A stretch of DNA of 64,000 nucleotides from an uncultured delta proteobacterium (GTDB lineage: Bacteria; Desulfobacterota; Desulfobacteria; Desulfobacterales; JAFDCJ01). The translations under genes were made by a program, and so were the position numbers. Below the pieces are notes generated by a model that saw nothing but the letters and a program-made list of their open reading frames with translations, made no database searches and was not told the origin of the DNA. Location: contig CAVYNY010000010.1 of assembly GCA_963769935.1 (NCBI GenBank), positions 128,001 through 192,000 of the forward strand, read 5' to 3'. Positions 10,092 to 19,427 of this stretch are shown here, one piece after another; position 1 is the stretch's first letter; each line of letters begins with the position of its first letter.

Positions 10092-10745
10092 TCAGTAAAT
10101 TTTTAGATACGCGATATGGCCGCCCCCAAATTCAACCATCGCATCGGCAGCAATGGTTAAGCCCTCCTTTAGTTGCAATCGGTCAATGCCGGGTACGGCA
10201 TAGGCATAAAATAGCACATTTTCAGTACCATCCCCCACCCGGGTCTTCTCATCGGCGCCCTGGCAGAGCACGCAAACGATTTCCTTTTCATCCCGCAAAA
10301 CGACTTCACGGTCCTGGGTAATAAAATCTCGTCCGCCCATTCCCGTGCAGATTTCCTTCTCTACGGCGACGTCCAGGGTCAGATTTCCATCAAAGCAGTC
10401 ATAATCGGCAACCGCCACCAGAATGCCGGCACACATTTCCGCCATAAAATGAGCATCGACAAAAAGAGAATAGCGGGGAAATCCACTGTGAATCGTTCGC
10501 TTGAGATGTTTGGTCAGGGGGCACTCAAAGCCGAATTGCCGAAAAAAAGCGTCATAGGTTTCAATTCGACCTGTGATTTGAGCCAATGTTTCGCGCTTGC
10601 GCATCTTGCGCAACAACCTCCTTTTATACGGATCGAAGCCCGGCGGGTTTGCGGCCTCCCGACAACCCGTAATCAGGGTAAGACCGAAACCGACGCCGGG
10701 ATAAGCTGCCAGATAGCGTTGAGACATGGCAAAAGAGCGATTCAT
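10092..10745 (-). CDS. Stand-alone B3/B4 (PheRS beta editing-like) domain protein
   Basis: FPRYSLFVDAHF, VVLRDEKEI, KTRVGDGTENVLFYAYAVPG resemble B3/4 proteins; GGAGAGG SD. Confidence 0.65.
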   Translation of the reverse strand: MNRSFAMSQRYLAAYPGVGFGLTLITGCREAANPPGFDPYKRRLLRKMRKRETLAQITGRIETYDAFFRQFGFECPLTKHLKRTIHSGFPRYSLFVDAHFMAEMCAGILVAVADYDCFDGNLTLDVAVEKEICTGMGGRDFITQDREVVLRDEKEIVCVLCQGADEKTRVGDGTENVLFYAYAVPGIDRLQLKEGLTIAADAMVEFGGGHIAYLKIY

Positions 10746-10867
10746 AGCCCACCTCTCCCGTTATGGTTGACATGTTAAGTAATCGGGTTTTGATTAAAAT
10801 ATATAGTGATCGTCCGACACATTTCCTGAGTTGTCTATTGGTAAAAAAAAATATGCGCAGCATAACG

Positions 10868-10963
10868 TAATTAATCCGCCAGGGCTTAGTCCTACCAATT
10901 TTTTTAGTTTTCAAAGAACCGTCTTCAGCCCTGGATGAGCTATTTTTCATGGCGGATTAATTA
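10868..10963. mobile_element. MITE-like element, copy A
   Basis: Terminal inverted repeats TAATTAATCCGCC / GGCGGATTAATTA; interior alignable to copies at 46540 and 52483. Confidence 0.75.
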
Positions 10964-11106
10964 ACCAATGGCATTGTTGACTCTAAATGTCAATTCCGTG
11001 ACTGTTTAAAAATAATCCCATTTTTGTTCCCCCCTCCCAATACGGCAGGATCTCTTAACTATTCGTAATTAAATGTTAAATATTTCCAGCGCGCCAATCA
11101 AATTAA

Positions 11107-11123
11107 TTGGTATGTTTCTTGCT
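11107..11123 (+). promoter_or_regulatory. sigma54 -24/-12 promoter
   Basis: TTGGTATGTTTCTTGCT: GG-N10-GC, 49 nt before ATG 11172. Confidence 0.65.
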
Positions 11124-11171
11124 TTCAATCATCGCAGAGACAAAAAATAATATATAGAAGGAGAATGAGTC

Positions 11172-11906
11172 ATGTTTAGAAAATTTTTTAGTTTTGTCGC
11201 GCTGGGAATCTTTTTAGTCAGTTGTGCCACTTTGCCGAGCAATACCCCACCGCCACCCCAGGAAGTCGTTGTAAAAGTTCAAGCTGCAGATCCGACAAAT
11301 GTAACCGTTCAGGAAGAGCCCAAAGAGCGGGTGAATAGATCCATGGAAGTTCCCAATCCTGAAGGTCGCCTCTCGCAACTGTCTTTTATTTCAAAGGACA
11401 AGGCATTTGTCAAAATTTTCTCGGGGTTGTCGGTGGCGGATGTCACCAGGCTGTGGAACGATCTTTGCGTCCTGGAGAACAATACCGACATTCGCGATGT
11501 AAATCTTTTTATCAACTCACCCGGCGGCGATGCGTTTTCAGGCCTGGCCCTGGCGGATCAGATTGAGCGGGCCAGACGAAAAGGCTTTAAGATCACCGCC
11601 CACGCCTCCGGTATTATCGCCAGTGCCGCAGTACCGGTTTTTGCGGTTTGTGATGTCCGCCTCGCTGCGCCGGGGACCATTTTCATGGTGCATGAAGCCG
11701 CTTTATGGAAATGGCCGGGACGTGAGACCGCTTCCGATATTAGATCCCAGAATGAATTGATGCATCTTTTGCGGGATCGCTACATCGGCAAACTGGCGAT
11801 GAATTCGAAACTGGATAAAGCCAAGTGGGAAACGTTGGAAACCAAGACCACCTGGTTTAGCGCCGAAAAAGCCAAGGATTGGGGACTGGTGGACAGCATA
11901 GAATAG
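11172..11906 (+). CDS. ClpP/S14-like peptidase domain on a predicted lipoprotein
   Basis: LVSC lipobox, Pro-rich linker, INSPGGD, IASAA (Ser), FMVHE (His), WFSAEKAKDWGLVD. Confidence 0.85.
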   Translation: MFRKFFSFVALGIFLVSCATLPSNTPPPPQEVVVKVQAADPTNVTVQEEPKERVNRSMEVPNPEGRLSQLSFISKDKAFVKIFSGLSVADVTRLWNDLCVLENNTDIRDVNLFINSPGGDAFSGLALADQIERARRKGFKITAHASGIIASAAVPVFAVCDVRLAAPGTIFMVHEAALWKWPGRETASDIRSQNELMHLLRDRYIGKLAMNSKLDKAKWETLETKTTWFSAEKAKDWGLVDSIE

Positions 11907-12013
11907 GCGCCAAAAATCCGTTGTCTTCGCAAAGCTGCGTGCCCTAACCGACTCAAATTACTCTCCGGCTATATTCTGAATCTGATTCTCAGCGCGTCGC
12001 ATTGTTGCTCGTC

Positions 12014-12057
12014 GCAAGGCCGTTAAGGTTAAAAACACTTTAACGGCCTTGCTTTTT
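12014..12057 (+). terminator. Intrinsic terminator
   Basis: 13-bp stem GCAAGGCCGTTAA / TTAACGGCCTTGC followed by TTTTT, between convergent genes. Confidence 0.75.
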
Positions 12058-12060
12058 GGA

Positions 12061-13446
12061 TCACGGAAACATTTTTCCGGGGTTCAGAATACCGTTGGGA
12101 TCAAACAATGTTTTGACACGCCGCATCCACGCCAGGCTGGAGCCGTGCTCGGCGACCATGAATTTCCGTTTCCCCAAGCCGATACCATGCTCCCCGGTAG
12201 CAGTGCCCCCCAGCTCAAGAGATCTTGCAACCAGACGCTCAACGATCTGTTCGATCTGGTCCCATTGTCTGCGGTCGCCTTTTTTGCCCATGATATTAAA
12301 ATGCACATTGCCGTTGCCGGCGTGGCTGATAAAATAGGTCGCCAGATGGGTGCCCGTCATTTCTTCATCGATGGCGCGGATCAATTCCGCGAAGGCGCTT
12401 ATGGGCACCGCCACGTCCACCACCAAAATACGGCTGTCCGGATGATTGCGTATAATCATCTCCCCCAAATCATGCCGGGCCTTGAAGATTCGATCTCTTT
12501 CCGGTCTTCCTAAACCCGGCGCAAACCTTGCGCACCCTTCCGCGCTGCAGATTTCCTTTGCCATTTCCAGCACTTCCGCCAGCTGGCTGGTAGTGGAACC
12601 GTGAAACTCCATAAAAATTGTCGGGGCAACATTTAATGCCAGCCCTTGTTCCCGGTTCATCAGTTCGATGCATTCCGGGCCCAGCAATTCCAGGGCGGCC
12701 GGGTTCAATCCCCCGCGCATAACCTCAAAAACTGCTTTGCCGGCCGCGGCGACGGTCGAAAAAGTCGCAATGGCGGCCGAAAACTCCGCCGGCAGACCCA
12801 CCAGCCGCACCGTGGCTCCCGCCACAATTCCCAGGGTCCCCTCGGATCCAACCAACAATCGAATCAAATCATACCCCGAAGATGTTTTGCTGGCACGGGT
12901 GCCCAGCTCAATGATCTCACCATTGGCCAGAACAACGGACAAGCGCAATACATAATCCTTGGTTGACCCGTAATAAATGGTTCGGGTGCCGCTGGCGTTG
13001 TTTCCGATCATGCCGCCGATGGTGGCCCGTGCGCCGGGATCCGGCGGAAAAAACAGGCCGGTATGCTTGAGCTTTTCATTTAAATCCTGATAAACCACTC
13101 CCGGTTCCACATCGGCCTGAAAGTCCTCGCTTCTGACGTCCAGAATACGATTCATCATAGAAAAATCCAGCACGAGGCCGCCTTTTATCGGAATCGGATT
13201 GCCTTCCAGACTCGACCCGGAGCCCCAGCCGGTAATCGGAATCAGATGCGCATTGGCATATTTTAATATTTCTGCCACCTCCATAGGGGACATCGGCCAG
13301 ATAACGGCTTCCGGCCTGTGGGCTGGATGCCGGGACTGGTCCCGGGCATGCAAATCAAGAACCGACTCCCCGGTAGAAAAGCGATCCGGCGCCACCAAAG
13401 CCTGAAGCTGTTTAATATGGGTTTCATCGAGCGAATTGAATTTCAA
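12061..13446 (-). CDS. FAD-linked oxidase, GlcD / D-lactate dehydrogenase family
   Basis: GSGSSLEG, FPPDPG, SSGYDL, GSEGTLG, HAGNGNVH, GEHGIG, DPNGILNPGK; TTG start with GGAGG SD. Confidence 0.9.
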   Translation of the reverse strand: MKFNSLDETHIKQLQALVAPDRFSTGESVLDLHARDQSRHPAHRPEAVIWPMSPMEVAEILKYANAHLIPITGWGSGSSLEGNPIPIKGGLVLDFSMMNRILDVRSEDFQADVEPGVVYQDLNEKLKHTGLFFPPDPGARATIGGMIGNNASGTRTIYYGSTKDYVLRLSVVLANGEIIELGTRASKTSSGYDLIRLLVGSEGTLGIVAGATVRLVGLPAEFSAAIATFSTVAAAGKAVFEVMRGGLNPAALELLGPECIELMNREQGLALNVAPTIFMEFHGSTTSQLAEVLEMAKEICSAEGCARFAPGLGRPERDRIFKARHDLGEMIIRNHPDSRILVVDVAVPISAFAELIRAIDEEMTGTHLATYFISHAGNGNVHFNIMGKKGDRRQWDQIEQIVERLVARSLELGGTATGEHGIGLGKRKFMVAEHGSSLAWMRRVKTLFDPNGILNPGKMFP

Positions 13447-13751
13447 TTTGACCTCCGTGGCAAAGTTATAAATAAAATTTATGACCTGTTGCTTTACACC
13501 ATAATAACCGGGCGGAAAAGGATTTTATTTTCTAAAATGCTGCCGGAATAACAATTAAGCAAATCCTGAATTCATTAATTCTTGACTTCAGAAGACAACC
13601 TATTATAAAAAATAGCTTCAAAATTAAAAAATGAATTGTGTTCAGCAATATTCAACAATCAACTAAAAATTCTGAATATTCGGAATGTTTATCGTTTTTT
13701 CTGGAAGGGGACGATTTTATTTTTTCTTAATCCAAAAATGGAGGAACAGCT

Positions 13752-15038
13752 ATGAACATCAAGCGATTGACAAATGGCAACATCGACCGCAGGGCTTTTC
13801 TAAAACTCGCGGGTGCCGCCGGTCTGGGAGTTACGGTATCCGCCTTTGGTGTTCCCACGTTGCTGCGGGCAGAACCTCAGCCCATCAAAATTGGATCCAT
13901 TCAACCGGCAACCGGACCGCTGGCGGTGATCGGCCAGGGACAGCGTCGCGGCAACCAGTTGGCGGTGGAGTATATCAACGCCAAAGGAGGTATAAAATCC
14001 CTGGGAGGCGCCAAACTCGACCTGATATTAGGAGACAGTGAAAGCAAAGCAGAGGTGGGTCGTTCCGAAGCCGATCGCCTTATCAATGATGGATCCGTGA
14101 TGCTGGTGGGCGCCTTTCAAAGCGGGGTTTCCATGGCGATTGCAACCCTGGCCGAACAGCGGCAGATTCCCTTTGTGATGGATGTGGCCGCCCTGGATGA
14201 CATCACGCAGAAAGGCTACAAGTACACCTTCCGAATATTTCCGACCGTCACCACATTTGGTGAGACCGCCGTCAAATATGTCGCACAAATTATTAAAGAA
14301 AAAAACGTACAGCCCAAGCGGGCCGTGGTCACCAACACCGGCGATCCCTTCGGCAAGGGCCAGGGCGCCAATTTCATCAAATGGTTCAATAAAGGCGGAC
14401 TGGGCATCGAAATAGTGGAGCACATCACCTATCCGCTGGGTATTCAGGATCTTTCGGCGGAAGTCGCCAAAATCAAGTCGGCCAAACCGGATCTGCTCTT
14501 TCCGGTATGCCGGCCGGGAGATTCCATAATTCTCACCCGCGAATTGGTCAAGCAGCGCGTTCCCCTGATGGGAATCATCAGCCCCGGCAGTCCCGGCTGG
14601 TACGAACCGAAAGTCATTCAGGATCTGGACAAACTGGTCTATTACGTCATGGACAACGTGCCCTGGGTTAATCCCAGGAGCCCGGTGTACCAGGAAGCCA
14701 ACGCGCTTTTCCAGAAAAAATACGGCACCTATCTGGACACCAATTCCGGTTATGCTTACACCGGCATCCTGGTTATGGCCGATGCGCTGGAACGGGCCGG
14801 CAGCACCGAACCGGAAAAAATTCTGGCGGCTCTTAAAACAACGGATTTTAAAGATCATCCCATGGTCGGCGACGCCGTCAAATTTGCGGCAAACGGCGAC
14901 AACATCAATGCGGCCACCGCTATGGTGCAGGTTCTGCCGGATCCTGATTTCAAAAAACGCGTCAAAGTAATTTTGCCGAAGAAATTTGCCGAAGCCGATT
15001 ATGTTTTTCCGGCCCCGCAGCTCTGGGAAAGAGGATAA
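13752..15038 (+). CDS. Branched-chain amino acid-type ABC transporter substrate-binding protein (Tat signal)
   Basis: DRRAFLK twin-arginine signal; IKIG...TGPLA...INAKGGI LivJ/K-type start. Confidence 0.9.
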   Translation: MNIKRLTNGNIDRRAFLKLAGAAGLGVTVSAFGVPTLLRAEPQPIKIGSIQPATGPLAVIGQGQRRGNQLAVEYINAKGGIKSLGGAKLDLILGDSESKAEVGRSEADRLINDGSVMLVGAFQSGVSMAIATLAEQRQIPFVMDVAALDDITQKGYKYTFRIFPTVTTFGETAVKYVAQIIKEKNVQPKRAVVTNTGDPFGKGQGANFIKWFNKGGLGIEIVEHITYPLGIQDLSAEVAKIKSAKPDLLFPVCRPGDSIILTRELVKQRVPLMGIISPGSPGWYEPKVIQDLDKLVYYVMDNVPWVNPRSPVYQEANALFQKKYGTYLDTNSGYAYTGILVMADALERAGSTEPEKILAALKTTDFKDHPMVGDAVKFAANGDNINAATAMVQVLPDPDFKKRVKVILPKKFAEADYVFPAPQLWERG

Positions 15039-15907
15039 TGGATTCAACCCTCGCGTTGCAGCTGGTCGTCCAGGGAATTTTGCTGGGAGGGATCTATGGT
15101 TTGATCGCCCTGGGTCTCTCCCTGATTTTTGGCGTGATGGGGGTTATCAATTTCGCCCATGGTCAGATGATAGTGATGGGCATGTATGTTTCCTACTGGA
15201 TTTTCGTCCTGCTCGGCATCGATCCTTATCTGTCGCTGGTTATTGTGGCGGCCGTCATCTTCGTTCTGGGGTATGCAATTCAATCGACGCTGGTAAACCG
15301 CATATTGGACTACCCCGAAGCCATGCAGGTCCTGCCTCTGGTGTCACTCGGACTGATCCTGGAAAACACGGCCTTGTTGTTCTGGGGGCCGGATCCTCGC
15401 AGTCCCCAGACCGCTCTCAGCTTGAATACTTTTTGGATCGGATCCGTTATGGTCGATGTTTCACGCCTGATCGCCTTTGTTGTGGCCATTGTCATTACGA
15501 TCTTCATTTTTCTCTTTTTAAAAAAAACCACTGCCGGCAAACGCATCCGGGCCGCAGCCGACAACCGCACCGGGGCCATTCTGGTGGGAATTAATGTAAC
15601 CCGCACTTATAACATCTCTTTTGCCATCGGAGCGGCCACCACCGGAGCGGCCGGCGCCCTGCTGCTGCCGCTGATGCCGATCTCGCCGAACATCGGTCAT
15701 GATTTCACCTTGACCGCCTTTGTCGTCGTCATCCTCGGCGGCATGGGCAACCTGCTGGGAGCCCTGGTGGGCGGCCTGATTCTGGGCTTGGCCGAATCGT
15801 TGGCCACACTTTTTCTGCCGGCCACCCTTAAACAGGTGGTAAGTTTCAGTTTTCTGATAATCATTATGCTGTTCCGACCGCAGGGCATCCTGGGGGGCCG
15901 CAAATGA
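15038..15907 (+). CDS. livH: ABC permease, LivH-like
   Basis: GLSLIFGVMGVINFAHG, VILGGMG, FRPQGILG. Confidence 0.9.
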   Translation: MDSTLALQLVVQGILLGGIYGLIALGLSLIFGVMGVINFAHGQMIVMGMYVSYWIFVLLGIDPYLSLVIVAAVIFVLGYAIQSTLVNRILDYPEAMQVLPLVSLGLILENTALLFWGPDPRSPQTALSLNTFWIGSVMVDVSRLIAFVVAIVITIFIFLFLKKTTAGKRIRAAADNRTGAILVGINVTRTYNISFAIGAATTGAAGALLLPLMPISPNIGHDFTLTAFVVVILGGMGNLLGALVGGLILGLAESLATLFLPATLKQVVSFSFLIIIMLFRPQGILGGRK

Positions 15908-16878
15908 CCCGATCATACATTTTTTTGGCAGCCCTCCTGCTGGTGTTGCTGGCACTTCCCCTGTTGCTGGATAAATACATCCTGGGCATTTTTGTAATGA
16001 TTTACTACTATGCCTACCTGGGGCAGTCCTGGAACGTGCTGACCGGTTATACCGGCCATATTTCTCTGGGGCACGCGCTTTACCTTGGCATCGGCGCTTA
16101 CACGTCCACCTACCTGGCTCTGGCTTTTGGATTAAGTCCCTGGGTCGGGATGCTTGTGGGCGGGCTGCTGGCGTCAGCCATATCCCTGCTTCTTGGGTTT
16201 CTGGGGTTTCGATTTGGGATTCGGGGGGTATACTTTGTCATCATGACCATCGCGTTTGCCGAAATAGCTCGCTTAATCGTATCTCACATCGATGCCCTCG
16301 GGTCATTCTCCGGCATATTTCTCGACTTTAACCCGTCTTTTAGGAACTTTCAGTTTAGAGGAAATTTGCCCTATTACTATATCTCGCTCGGGTTTATGGT
16401 TTTTTCACTTATAACCGTGCGCCTGCTGGAAGTCTCAAAACCGGGCCGTTTCATGGTGGCGATTAGAGAAGATGAGGAAGCCGCCCAGTCACTAGGGGTA
16501 AATACATTTAAATACAATATGATCGCCATTTCCATCAGTGCGTTTATGACTGCTTTGGCCGGTACATTTTATGCCAACTATATTTTTTATCTGCATCCGA
16601 ACACCCTGTTTGGCATGTCGACCAGTATCGAACTGATCCTGAGACCGATTGTCGGCGGATTGGGAACCATCTTCGGTCCGGCAATCGGTTCTTTTGTTTT
16701 AACGCCCCTGTCCGAAATATCACGAGCTTACTTTGCCAAGGGCGGCTTGGAAGGTCTGCACCTCATACTATACGGAATTCTGACTATTCTGGTCGTCCTT
16801 TTTATGCCCCGGGGAATTATTGTTTATGTGAAGCGGCTCTTAAAACCGATCCTGCAGCCGGAGGGGGACAAGGGATAG
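15904..16878 (+). CDS. livM: ABC permease, LivM-like
   Basis: WNVLTGYTGHISLGH, AIREDEEAA, GGLGTIFGP. Confidence 0.9.
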   Translation: MTRSYIFLAALLLVLLALPLLLDKYILGIFVMIYYYAYLGQSWNVLTGYTGHISLGHALYLGIGAYTSTYLALAFGLSPWVGMLVGGLLASAISLLLGFLGFRFGIRGVYFVIMTIAFAEIARLIVSHIDALGSFSGIFLDFNPSFRNFQFRGNLPYYYISLGFMVFSLITVRLLEVSKPGRFMVAIREDEEAAQSLGVNTFKYNMIAISISAFMTALAGTFYANYIFYLHPNTLFGMSTSIELILRPIVGGLGTIFGPAIGSFVLTPLSEISRAYFAKGGLEGLHLILYGILTILVVLFMPRGIIVYVKRLLKPILQPEGDKG

Positions 16879-16879
16879 A

Positions 16880-16990
16880 TGGAGGTTTGAGGTTGGAGGC
16901 TGGAGGCAAACGAGCACGCAGCCTGGAGCGTGGATAATAATTTGATAAAATCCTACTTTGCCTATAGCCTAAAGCGAAGCGCTCTTAAAG
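16880..16990. repeat. Degenerate 7-mer tandem repeats with a GCGAAGC mini-hairpin inside the liv operon
   Basis: GGAGGTT-TGAGGTT-GGAGGCT-GGAGGC; GCGAAGC at 16974. Confidence 0.5.
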
Positions 16991-17088
16991 TGAGGCGCTC
17001 CGCTATCATCGCATGCGATTTCGGCGACACAAGTGTTTCGAACTGCAATATCAGAAACTAAAGCAACAAATTGGTATAAAGGAATTTC

Positions 17089-17820
17089 GTGTCCATTTTA
17101 TCAGCCAACAGACTAACCAAGAGCTTCGGCGGCCTTATGGCGGTGGGCAATCTTTCCTTTGAATTGCAGAGGGGGGAAGTTCTGGGACTGATCGGCCCGA
17201 ACGGAGCGGGCAAGACGACTGTTTTTAACTGCTTGAGCGGCTTTATGCCACCGGATGAGGGTGACATCTATTTTGAAAAAAAGGCGCTGCGTGGTTTACA
17301 GCCCTTTCAGATCTGTCAATTGGGCATGGCCCGGACTTTTCAGATCGTCAAACCGTTTCCGACAATTTCGGTGCTGGACAACGTGATGGTCGGCGCGCTT
17401 TCCCAGGAGAAATCAACTGCCGGAGCCACCAAGAAATCTCTGGAAATCATCGATTTTTTTGGTCTAGCCAAGTCGACCCACACCGAAGCTCAGAAACTGC
17501 CGCTGCCTCTGAGGAAACGCCTGGAAATTGCCAGGGCCCTGGCCACCCGGCCGAAGGTTCTGCTGCTGGATGAAGTGATGGCGGGCTTGAATCCCACCGA
17601 AGTGGACGCCCTGATTGCACTTTTAAAGGAAGTCAACCGTCAGGGCATCAGCATCTTATTGATTGAGCACGTGATGAGAGGTGTTATGGCCCTGTCTCAG
17701 AGAGTGATCGTAATCAATTACGGCGTCAAAATCGCTGAAGGGGAACCTGAAAAAGTTGTCCAAGACAAAGAAGTAATCGAAGCCTATCTGGGTAAGGAGT
17801 TTTTGAGTGCTCAAGGTTAG
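17089..17820 (+). CDS. livG: ABC ATP-binding protein, LivG-like
   Basis: GPNGAGKT, ARTFQ, LLLDE, IEH, EAYLG. Confidence 0.92.
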   Translation: MSILSANRLTKSFGGLMAVGNLSFELQRGEVLGLIGPNGAGKTTVFNCLSGFMPPDEGDIYFEKKALRGLQPFQICQLGMARTFQIVKPFPTISVLDNVMVGALSQEKSTAGATKKSLEIIDFFGLAKSTHTEAQKLPLPLRKRLEIARALATRPKVLLLDEVMAGLNPTEVDALIALLKEVNRQGISILLIEHVMRGVMALSQRVIVINYGVKIAEGEPEKVVQDKEVIEAYLGKEFLSAQG

Positions 17821-18511
17821 TGAAATCGATGTGTATTACGGAGACTTGCAGACCCTGAGGGGCGTCAGCATCAGCGTCGAACCGGGCGAAGTCGTATCGG
17901 TAATCGGCTCCAATGGTGCCGGTAAATCCTCCCTGCTGAAAACTATTTCAGGCATGTTAAGACCCCGTCAGGGTGGTATCAGCTTAAACGGAATTGATAT
18001 TTCGCACGCACCGCCCTCACGCATCGTCGAGCAGGGCATCAGCCATGTGCCGGAGGGCAGGCAGATTTTTCCCACCATGACGGTCCTGGAAAACCTGGAG
18101 ATGGGCGCTCAGTTCCCCCGAACCCAAAGAGAACGGCAGGAAACCATGCAGCAGGTGTTCGGTTATTTTCCGCGATTGAAGGAGCGCCTGAGCCAGAAAG
18201 CCGGAACGTTGAGCGGCGGTGAACAGCAAATGCTGGCCATGGGTCGCGGTCTGATGTCGTTGCCCGCTATCATGATGCTGGATGAGCCTTCCCTGGGCCT
18301 TGCTCCGGTCCTGGTCAGTACTATTTTTGAAATCATTGAAAAAATCAACCGGCAAGGAACTTCAATTCTTTTAATCGAACAGAATGTCTTTCACTCATTA
18401 AAAATTTCGGATCGCGGCTACGTGCTGGAAAACGGCCAGGTTGCGCTGAGCGGTTCAGGCCAGGAATTGCTCGAAAACCCTCATATTCGAAAGACCTATC
18501 TGGGATTGTGA
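17807..18511 (+). CDS. livF: ABC ATP-binding protein, LivF-like
   Basis: GSNGAGKS, VPEGR, LSGGEQQM, LDEPSLGLAP, IEQN. Confidence 0.93.
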   Translation: MLKVSEIDVYYGDLQTLRGVSISVEPGEVVSVIGSNGAGKSSLLKTISGMLRPRQGGISLNGIDISHAPPSRIVEQGISHVPEGRQIFPTMTVLENLEMGAQFPRTQRERQETMQQVFGYFPRLKERLSQKAGTLSGGEQQMLAMGRGLMSLPAIMMLDEPSLGLAPVLVSTIFEIIEKINRQGTSILLIEQNVFHSLKISDRGYVLENGQVALSGSGQELLENPHIRKTYLGL

Positions 18512-18820
18512 GGCGCGTAGCGGGTTGCGGGGTGCGCGTTGCGGGTTACGAAGTGCGGGATTTAGCCGGCGTACGGCGCAGGGATGAGTGAGGATAGCCT
18601 TCAAGCCTTTCAGCTTCTGTCCTCTTTCTTCTGATTTTGGGTTGCGGATCGTTCGATTGCGGATTTGGGATTGAATAGCCCAATTGAGTGATATTTAGGA
18701 GGTGGTAGAATGCGAGGCGGGATTTTTGCAAAATGATGAATTCAGAAATTATGTGATTTAACTTCAGGTTTTATGATTTTTTTAAATCCGAAATCTGCCT
18801 TCTGAAATCCGAAATCGGGG
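18512..18820. repeat. Intergenic degenerate 7-mer repeat field
   Basis: GCGGGTT-GCGGGGT-GCGCGTT-GCGGGTT; TTGCGGA(T) units and inverse AATCCGA(A) units. Confidence 0.55.
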
Positions 18821-18821
18821 C

Positions 18822-19427
18822 TTACTCCTCCTGGAACAAATCCGGATAAAGGCTTACTCGGCACTCCGGACATATTCCGTGACTGAATTCATGGTCCGTG
18901 TAATTCATGAGGTACCGCTCAATCGTCAGCCATTGGCCATTGCCGTTGCGTATCTTTTTACAATTAGAACAAATCGGAATGAATCCCCCTATGGAGTTGA
19001 CCATGATTTTTTCAAGGGCAATAAAGCGCCGATACAGCATTCGAAGCAACTCGATTGCAAGGGCCGGATATTTTTCTATCTCCTCTTCCAGGTTCCACTG
19101 CTCCAGGCAGAGTGCCTGAACTTTTCCTCGGGCCACCACGGTTGCTGATCGGATCATATCGTCGATAAGTGCCATTTCCCCAAAATAGCATGGTGCGCTC
19201 AAAGTCCGCAGGCGTTTGGCCTTATTGGTGCGATAACTTTTGATGACGTCGACCCTGCCGCTGACGAGGATAAAAAGCCGGCCGTCACGCTCGCCTTCGT
19301 TGATGATCACATCGCCCATATTGAAGAAATAAAATTGGCTCTTTTTAGCAAGTCGCTGCAGATCTGCTTTCTTAAAATTCGAAAATATGGATACCTCTGC
19401 CAAATAATCCGCCTGGCTCATCGTCAT
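18822..19427 (-). CDS. Cyclic-nucleotide-binding domain protein with C-terminal 4-Cys motif
   Basis: YFGEMALIDDMIRSATV cNMP cassette; ICSNCKKIR...SHGICPEC. Confidence 0.85.
   Translation of the reverse strand: MTMSQADYLAEVSIFSNFKKADLQRLAKKSQFYFFNMGDVIINEGERDGRLFILVSGRVDVIKSYRTNKAKRLRTLSAPCYFGEMALIDDMIRSATVVARGKVQALCLEQWNLEEEIEKYPALAIELLRMLYRRFIALEKIMVNSIGGFIPICSNCKKIRNGNGQWLTIERYLMNYTDHEFSHGICPECRVSLYPDLFQEE

Noticed and set aside
14028..15047. Long antisense ORFs (also 24998-25912, 28644-29465, 29102-29986, 55059-55877, 56880-57659, 60841-61767)
   Set aside because: They overlap well-supported genes on the other strand and show no recognisable motifs
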